From: Bacteroidetes bacterium HGW-Bacteroidetes-12
GTDB taxonomy: Bacteria > Bacteroidota > Bacteroidia > Flavobacteriales_E > Vicingaceae
Direction: 5' to 3'
Length of the DNA: 31,855 nt
Assembly (NCBI GenBank): GCA_002841035.1
Contig: PHDR01000001.1
Span: 1 to 31,855 of the forward strand
The notes beneath the pieces were generated by a model, which worked only from the letters and a program-made list of their open reading frames with translations, was not told the origin of the DNA and did not search any database. Shown here piece after piece: positions 1-7,000 of the stretch. A program made the position numbers and the translations under genes. Position 1 is the first letter of the stretch, and the number at the start of each line of letters is the position of its first letter.

Positions 1-157
1 TTATTATTTAGTTCTAATTAATATTTTGTGCTATCATTTTAGCTGGGTTCCTCCTAAATGATAGGCTGTTTTTTGTCATTCAGAAGGAATCTTGCTTATT
101 ATTTAGTTCTAATTAATATTTTGTGCTATCATTTTAGCTGGGTTCCTCCTGAATGAC
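1..157. repeat. 95-bp-period direct repeat with REP-like inverted ends (BIME-like unit, cut by window edge)
   Basis: 1-55 is identical to 96-150 (ttattatttagttctaattaatattttgtgctatcattttagctgggttcctcct). gtcattcagaaggaatc (75-91) is a near-perfect inverse of ggttcctcctgaatgac (141-157). Confidence 0.8.
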
Positions 158-173
158 GAAGGCTATAGAAAAC

Positions 174-222
174 AAAAAATGCTTCAATTAAGGCATTTTT
201 ATCCTTAAAAGAAGCATTTTTT
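174..222. terminator. Hairpin with T-tracts on both strands; likely terminates the minus-strand CRISPR transcript
   Basis: aaaaaatgcttc (174-185) and gaagcatttttt (211-222) form a perfect 12-bp inverted repeat, with an inner ttaagg/ccttaa stem. Confidence 0.65.
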
Positions 223-275
223 ATATCCGATATTCTTTTTTAACTTTTTGATTTTTAACAATTTTCGCAACTGCT
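223..275. promoter_or_regulatory. Putative CRISPR adaptation leader with IHF site (241-253)
   Basis: AT-rich stretch abutting the first repeat. The minus strand of 241-253 reads AATCAAAAAGTTA, an exact match to the IHF consensus WATCAANNNNTTR, 22 bp from the repeat. Confidence 0.6.
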
Positions 276-2220
276 AATATCGTGTTTCCTAATCTTTAAT
301 CAAACCACAACAATATTCTTCCATCAAGCAATGCATGGCTGAATATCGTGTTTCCTAATCTTTAATCAAACCACAACTTTAAATTGGAATTTGCTAATTG
401 CTTCAGCAATATCGTGTTTCCTAATCTTTAATCAAACCACAACTGTTATATTATTGTTGTCATAACCTAATTGAATATCGTGTTTCCTAATCTTTAATCA
501 AACCACAACATTAGTTATATCATAGCATATTAATCTAAGAATATCGTGTTTCCTAATCTTTAATCAAACCACAACAGGCTTTGGTGCGATGAATTATCTG
601 AAGAAAATATCGTGTTTCCTAATCTTTAATCAAACCACAACTATCTTTACGAGATGTAATTCTTGTGTTATAATATCGTGTTTCCTAATCTTTAATCAAA
701 CCACAACAACAACCATGTCAAATATATCAGGCGTAGTAATATCGTGTTTCCTAATCTTTAATCAAACCACAACCCGAGATGACCGCGATATGATAAGGAA
801 GGTAATATCGTGTTTCCTAATCTTTAATCAAACCACAACCTCTGAATATATTGAATGGTCTTTTGATAAATATCGTGTTTCCTAATCTTTAATCAAACCA
901 CAACTTAAAAGAAAAACACAAAACAATAGAAAAAAATATCGTGTTTCCTAATCTTTAATCAAACCACAACTGCTTCGTCTATTTTGCTTTTTAGCATTTT
1001 AATATCGTGTTTCCTAATCTTTAATCAAACCACAACCGACAAGGAGCGAGAACAGTTACAGCAACCAATATCGTGTTTCCTAATCTTTAATCAAACCACA
1101 ACTGTGATGTGCATGAACATTCATATTTCATTAATATCGTGTTTCCTAATCTTTAATCAAACCACAACCAGTAAGAGGAGAAAACGGTGATGTGGATTAA
1201 TATCGTGTTTCCTAATCTTTAATCAAACCACAACTATCAAGTAAGATACCTTATTTAATAGAGTAATATCGTGTTTCCTAATCTTTAATCAAACCACAAC
1301 AAAAACCTAAAGCTATGGAAATTACTGCAAATATCGTGTTTCCTAATCTTTAATCAAACCACAACACAAATTCTGTAAGTTCGTTGTCATCGTGCAATAT
1401 CGTGTTTCCTAATCTTTAATCAAACCACAACACCGCAAAGATACAACCAAACAGAGGTTAAAATATCGTGTTTCCTAATCTTTAATCAAACCACAACAAA
1501 ACGCAATTAAAATGATAAATAATAAAAATATCGTGTTTCCTAATCTTTAATCAAACCACAACAATGTGCTATGTCGGTAAAAGAAGGACGTAAATATCGT
1601 GTTTCCTAATCTTTAATCAAACCACAACAGATAAGAGTTAACAACGGAGCTATTGAAAAATATCGTGTTTCCTAATCTTTAATCAAACCACAACCTTAAT
1701 CGACATGGTAGTTAATTGGCTTTTAATATCGTGTTTCCTAATCTTTAATCAAACCACAACATGACTATGTTGCAGAAATACTAATTGACAAATATCGTGT
1801 TTCCTAATCTTTAATCAAACCACAACTTGTCGTAAAATCCGATTTTGATGCAATGAATATCGTGTTTCCTAATCTTTAATCAAACCACAACATGAAATGG
1901 CTAAGGAGCGAAATTGGAAGCAATATCGTGTTTCCTAATCTTTAATCAAACCACAACCGAAGCATGAACGAAGTGAAATACTAACTAAATATCGTGTTTC
2001 CTAATCTTTAATCAAACCACAACATAAATAATTATCATTAAAAAAACAACAATAATATCGTGTTTCCTAATCTTTAATCAAACCACAACAACGCAAGTTT
2101 TTATGTTGTTGATGAAAAAATATCGTGTTTCCTAATCTTTAATCAAACCACAACATCACTTATCCACTTTGGGAAGAAGGAAAAAATATCGTGTTTCCTA
2201 ATCTTTAATCAAACCACAAC
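276..2220 (-). CRISPR. Type II-C CRISPR array: 30 identical 36-bp repeats, 29 spacers (24 of 30 bp, 5 of 29 bp)
   Basis: Repeat aatatcgtgtttcctaatctttaatcaaaccacaac, or GTTGTGGTTTGATTAAAGATTAGGAAACACGATATT on minus, counted copy by copy from 276 to 2185. The lengths sum exactly to 1945 bp. Strand inferred from complementarity to the tracrRNA. Confidence 0.99.
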
Positions 2221-2412
2221 ATGGCAATTACGATTAAAAATGAAATTATTGCTGTTGTTCACCGACCTGTGTAAATGAATGATTATATACAAGTTAAGGT
2301 GTGTTTGATTTCATTTTTTCTATCCTATTTTTAGTAAAAAGGAGTATGTCAAAGAGCTTTAGTAGTTAAAATTAAGGAATATTCTATTTTTCATATCCCA
2401 CACCAAGTTTTT

Positions 2413-2694
2413 TTATTTATCTAAATAATGACCCATTGCAGAAAGCACTTGAACCGTTACGGTATTATTATTTATAGTATAAATCATACTGTCTTTTTGG
2501 TTAATTCTTCTACTCCATTTACCTGCAAGCTCGTGTTTAAGTTGTTCGGGTTGCCCAGTTCCTGTTGTTGGGTGGTCTGATAACTCTTTTAAAATCTGTT
2601 CCAACTTTTTAATGGTTGGTTTATTCCCAAATTTATAATGTTTTTTAATATCAATTTGTGCTGCTTTTTCTATTTTAAGCCTAAACTTCCCCAT
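2413..2694 (-). CDS. yoeB: Txe/YoeB family toxin (copy B; Ser at the position of the conserved catalytic Arg)
   Basis: GTGQPEQLKHELAGKWSRRINQKD...GHY matches the YoeB signature GKPEPLKH...WSRRI...HY. Overlaps the upstream antitoxin by 25 nt. Confidence 0.92.
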   Translation of the reverse strand: MGKFRLKIEKAAQIDIKKHYKFGNKPTIKKLEQILKELSDHPTTGTGQPEQLKHELAGKWSRRINQKDSMIYTINNNTVTVQVLSAMGHYLDK

Positions 2695-2906
2695 ACATCA
2701 TTTGGATTAATTTCTAAATAATCTGCACGTTTTTCTGCATCTTTAATTTTTTTAACAAACTCAGGGTTGTAAGGGCTTTTTTCTTTTACAACTGGTGCAC
2801 TAACAATTTCAACTGCTTTTTCTTTAGCAACAAAAGTTTTAAGAAAAGCTAAAAAAGTTTTTCCTGCAATGGTATTGTCGTTAATTTTTAATGTTAGTGT
2901 TGTCAT
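2670..2906 (-). CDS. Antitoxin, DUF2683-like (copy B)
   Basis: 78 aa directly upstream of and overlapping yoeB. The KSPYNPEFV motif is typical of Bacteroidota DUF2683 proteins (recognised from memory). Confidence 0.8.
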   Translation of the reverse strand: MTTLTLKINDNTIAGKTFLAFLKTFVAKEKAVEIVSAPVVKEKSPYNPEFVKKIKDAEKRADYLEINPNDVWGSLGLK

Positions 2907-2920
2907 ATATTGTAAGTTTT

Positions 2921-3202
2921 TTATTTATCAGCATAATGCCCTATTGCAGAAATAACATCAACCACTACGGTGGTATTGTTTATGGAGTAAACCATACGGT
3001 CTTTTTGGTTAATTCTCCTACTCCATTTACCTGCGAGTTCGTGTTTTAATTGTTCAGGCTGTCCTGTTCCTGTGGTTGGGTGATTTTTTAGTTCCTCCAG
3101 TATCTTTTTAATTTTTGTTTCAGCGGCTTTATTGCCTGATTTTTTATGTTTGGCAATATCGTCTTTTGCCTTTTGGGTTAAGAAAACTACAAACTTGCCC
3201 AT
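2921..3202 (-). CDS. yoeB: Txe/YoeB family toxin (copy A)
   Basis: Same YoeB signature, with KDRMVY retaining the Arg and a C-terminal GHY. Overlaps the antitoxin by 16 nt. Confidence 0.93.
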   Translation of the reverse strand: MGKFVVFLTQKAKDDIAKHKKSGNKAAETKIKKILEELKNHPTTGTGQPEQLKHELAGKWSRRINQKDRMVYSINNTTVVVDVISAIGHYADK

Positions 3203-3417
3203 AAATCGTTAACATCTTTTACTTCTGTTCTGTTTTTGCTTTTTTCGGCTTTGTTTATCATTTTAACAAACTCAGGATTGTAAGGGCTTTTTTCTTTTAC
3301 AACTGGTGCTTTAATAATTTCAACTGCTTTTTCTTTAGCAACAAAGGTTTTAAGAAAAGCTAAAAAAGTTTTTCCTGCATTTGTTTTGTCGTTAATTTTT
3401 AGGGTTAGTGTGGTCAT
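3187..3417 (-). CDS. Antitoxin, DUF2683-like (copy A)
   Basis: 76 aa, KSPYNPEFV motif, 48 of the first 52 residues identical to copy B, upstream of yoeB. Confidence 0.8.
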   Translation of the reverse strand: MTTLTLKINDKTNAGKTFLAFLKTFVAKEKAVEIIKAPVVKEKSPYNPEFVKMINKAEKSKNRTEVKDVNDLWASL

Positions 3418-3443
3418 AACTTTTATGTGTTCTATTCCTGTTT

Positions 3444-3451
3444 CAAAATTA
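3444..3451 (-). promoter_or_regulatory. Bacteroidota sigma70 -7 element for the DUF2683-yoeB operon
   Basis: TAATTTTG on the minus strand (consensus TAnnTTTG), 26 bp upstream of the ATG at 3417. Confidence 0.6.
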
Positions 3452-3474
3452 AGAAAAAATTATAAAATGAATTT

Positions 3475-3741
3475 TTAAGGAAAAACTTTATAAATATCGT
3501 TTCGTTTTACCAAACGAGCCATTTCAATCGTTTCATTGTCGTAATAAAATCCTAATCGGTAATTACCTATTCTAATTCGGTATGCAGTAGAATAACCTTT
3601 TAATTTTTTTAGGTTGGTCAACTCCTTTAAATTTTCAGCTTTCTCTATCTCTAAAATAATTGTTTTTACCTGTTCTCTCTCTTTTACATTCGTAATTTTA
3701 AGTAAATCTTTTTTAAAACTGTTTAAAAAGATGACTTTCAT
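3475..3741 (-). CDS. RelE/StbE (RelE/ParE superfamily) toxin
   Basis: 88 aa basic protein. MKVIFLNSFKKDL...KKLKG...YRIRIGNYRLGF...RNDIY is the RelE pattern. ATGA overlap with the upstream gene. Confidence 0.88.
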   Translation of the reverse strand: MKVIFLNSFKKDLLKITNVKEREQVKTIILEIEKAENLKELTNLKKLKGYSTAYRIRIGNYRLGFYYDNETIEMARLVKRNDIYKVFP

Positions 3742-3992
3742 TTTTTGTTTAAGATTTCCATAATATCATCACGGTTTGCCAAATCGGTTCTGTCGGCTTG
3801 TTGCATCAATAACAGTAAGCCTAAATCTTCTTTTTCTTCGCTGGTAAGTTTATCTAAGCGTTGTTTTTCTTTTTGAGCCACAAACCAACGCACGGCTTCT
3901 TCCATCAAGCCTTTTACACTGTTGTTTTCAAAAACAGATAATATCTTCAATTTGGTTAAAATAGCTTCGTCTATGTCAATATTTTTCCGCAT
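3738..3992 (-). CDS. Ribbon-helix-helix (CopG-like) antitoxin
   Basis: N-terminal alternating beta strand RKNIDID followed by two helices, acidic C-terminus, translationally coupled to relE. Confidence 0.72.
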   Translation of the reverse strand: MRKNIDIDEAILTKLKILSVFENNSVKGLMEEAVRWFVAQKEKQRLDKLTSEEKEDLGLLLLMQQADRTDLANRDDIMEILNKK

Positions 3993-4007
3993 TTGTTATT
4001 TTTTTTA

Positions 4008-4037
4008 CAAATATACACAATGTATATGATACATACA
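4008..4037 (-). promoter_or_regulatory. Promoter -7 element overlapped by a putative RHH operator
   Basis: TATATTTG on minus (4008-4015). Inverted repeat ATATACA-caa-TGTATAT (4011-4027), with further ATACA half-sites at 4029-4037. Confidence 0.6.
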
Positions 4038-4044
4038 GTTGGTT

Positions 4045-7000
4045 TTATATTTTTTCTATTTTGCCTGTTGGGGTTATTTGAACTTTTATTGGATTAAAAC
4101 TATACCACCCTGTTTTGCCCTCTCTAAATCCTTTAATATAAACATAATCCGCTTCGGTTGAAATTTTGCTATCCGTATGTCTTCTAAAACAGATTTCCAT
4201 AAAATAATCTGCTCCAGCAATCTTTTGAACCTTAAATAAATGGCTAAATATCTCCTTTTGGTTTAAATCCTCTATGTTTCTATCTTTCTCTAAAAATAGA
4301 AGAAACATATCATTTTCTTGAAATGTTTCTACAACCTCAACTCCATCGCTGGGCAATTGTACTATTTCATTATTTTGTTTTATCCGCTCAACTGCTGTCC
4401 AAAAACTAACCACATCTTTATCTAAATCCCCATTTTCTTTTTTATAAATTAAAACGTGATGATTATTTCTAGGGTTTACAAATTGGTTAATTTCCTTTAC
4501 TTGTTGGGCATTGCTCATTTCTTCTCTAATTCGCACTTTTTTAATAGGAACTCGTTCACCGTTTTTATTTTTTAAGGTGTAGAGCAAATCAATTTGTTTT
4601 TTCAAATCTTGTATTTGGTTGTTTAAAGCAGTTTCTTCTTCATCGCTATGCACTTTCTTTTTTTGCTTTTCTAAAACGTCTATGTGTTTTTTTATGGTTA
4701 CTTCTTCTTTTCGGGCATTTATAATAATTTTTCTGATTTCTAAGTCCACAATTTTATCCAATTGATTGTCCTTTAAATCTACTACCTTTTTACGAATGTG
4801 GTAACCTTTTGTAGTTTCAAAGGGAGCTTGTCGTTTCCCATACACGTTTTCTTTGTGTAATTGACCCCGTACGGCATTACCAACACTTGTAAATGTTTTT
4901 CCATTTTTGGTAATTTTCTTTCGTACTTCGGTGAGTACTTTTCGGTTTTGTTTGTGAGAAATCAATATTTTTTCGGCTTCTTTTTTGGCATCGGTATGAA
5001 AACCATTCCAAGGGTCAGGAAAATCTAATTGTTCTTTTTCAAATGAGTTTAATTTCTTTTTAGCATCACGAGCAGCATTATAAGCACTCAATTGCTGAAA
5101 ATAACTTTGTTTTGATAAAGCGATTACTAAGGCATCAATAGCGTGGTGGCGGTGGTCGTCTCTGTTTTTCTTTGGGTCAAATTTAATTTCTCCAGTGTAT
5201 TTATCTACCCAAATATTCCCTTCAACTAATGTTTGTTTTTCTTGTAAAAGTGGTTTGGGTTGTTCGATGGCATTGAAATCGGTTAATTCATTAAGAATAT
5301 CAAAAACAAACCAATATTTACCTGGTTTTTCATTGGTTTTAAATTGATGTTGAGCATCAATTTCAGAAACAAAAATACCTTCATCATTGACACTACCTTC
5401 CACAATAATTTTAGCATCCGAAACAATAGGACGTTCATTTATGGCTCTTTCAAATGAAGCATTTTCTGTATCAATATCCAACAACAACCAATATTTACCG
5501 TCTAATTCATTTGTTTCACACGAATAAATATACGATTTAAAAAAGCCTTCTTTTACTTCGCCAAACAACAATACTTGTTTTCCCGATTTTTTAGGTTGTT
5601 TATCTTTTTCGGGTGCTTCAAACTTTTTGTTTGTAATGGTAAATTTTGCCCAATACGAACCATTATCAAAACCTTTGGCAGTAACCAACCCAATGCCCTC
5701 ATTTTTAAATTTTTCCTTTTCAACCTTTCCTCTCAAAACTATTTCATTTTCTGAGGTTTCTGGTCTTTCTCTAAAAATACGTATGATTTGTTTTGGTTCA
5801 GAAAGTTTTAAATTCAACCAATATTCGCCATTTACCAATTCGGGAGTTTTAACTTCAAGTTTTACAAATTGTTCGGAGGTTTTAAAAACTCCTTTCTCCA
5901 CTTTGCCGGTAATGGTTGTTTCGTTTTCTCCTAATTTTGGTTTGTCATTGTAAATAGGTAAGGTTAAAACGGGTTTATTATTTTCATCCATTACCACATA
6001 ATGTGGTATTGATTTTCCTGCTTCTAATTTATAATCGGGCAAATCGACCAACATTACGGGTTGAAGTATATTATTTAAACCCCACAAATGCCTTAACTCG
6101 GCTGTTAAACCACCAGGCAAAACTCTTACATCTTCGCAAACTTGCGACATAATTTCTTTTGTTTTACGGCTGATGTAACGCATATCGTTTAATTGTCGCT
6201 CAATAAAACTACTTTTTACATCGGCATCTTCTACTTTAATTTTAGATGTAAATCGTTTGGCTTTTGGGTAAGGTAAGACTTTGTAAGCTCTTTGCTCTAC
6301 ATCTTCCCAGCTTGTTGCTCCTCCCCACAATTTTGAATCGCTATTTTTTAAATAAAATTGATAGGGAGTTAAGTTTCCTTTCAAACCATTAAACTTGGCA
6401 TCGCAAAGGGTTTTGTTGGCAAAACCATCATCTAAAGAAACGCTTTTAGGAATAATATGCTCAATCTGAATTTTATTTTCTCTGCCCAACACATCGCTAA
6501 TATTGATGGATTTATTGGTGTAAGGACAAACTGTAGTTACCCCTTTTTCCTGCATTTCTTTATAGAGCAACACTTTTTGGATGTTTTCCCTATCGTGCTT
6601 TAAGCCATATTCTGTTAACAATTTTCGAGCTTCGTCATTTTTGGTAGTGTTGTCATAAATTCTTCTCGTTTGTTCTTGCCTTCCTTTTTTGCTGTTTTTT
6701 ACTTCTCTTCCTAATTCAACTTGAATTCTATCAAATTTCCCATATTCACCAATTAGTTGGTTTACTAATCTTCGAGTTTCGTTGATACCTTGCTGCACAA
6801 TTGGGTTTCTTAAATTTTCAACCGCATCTAATCTATCTTGAAGTTGTTTTTCTTCAATTTCTTGGCTGTGATGATACAACTTGATAAAAGATTTGTCGTC
6901 TTTTAAAAATCCAAATTTATTTTCTGGGTCAGCCAAATAATTTTTAATTTTTTGAATTGCTTCTCCTTCTTTATTATTTTTCTCGTGATTAATTTTTAAA

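Noticed and set aside
1037-1066. Spacer 12 resembles relE (both read KEREQ), suggesting self-targeting
   Set aside because: Only 18/30 identity, with mismatches at both ends, in purine-rich sequence. Consistent with chance.
589-1190. ORFs 589-885 and 984-1190 with a repeating ISCFLIFNQTTT peptide
   Set aside because: Artefacts of the 66-bp CRISPR period keeping one repeat frame open.
2378-2404. aatat...ccacacc as a degenerate shortened repeat (scaRNA or CreA-like)
   Set aside because: Only the short ends match and the spacing is 9 bp too short. Not distinguishable from background.
2413-3992. Possibility that one of the ~90-aa ORFs is Cas2, or that a cas1 remnant is present
   Set aside because: None has the Cas2 N-terminal hhxYDh motif, and all fit TA families. 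I saw no Cas1-like frame in 2221-4044.
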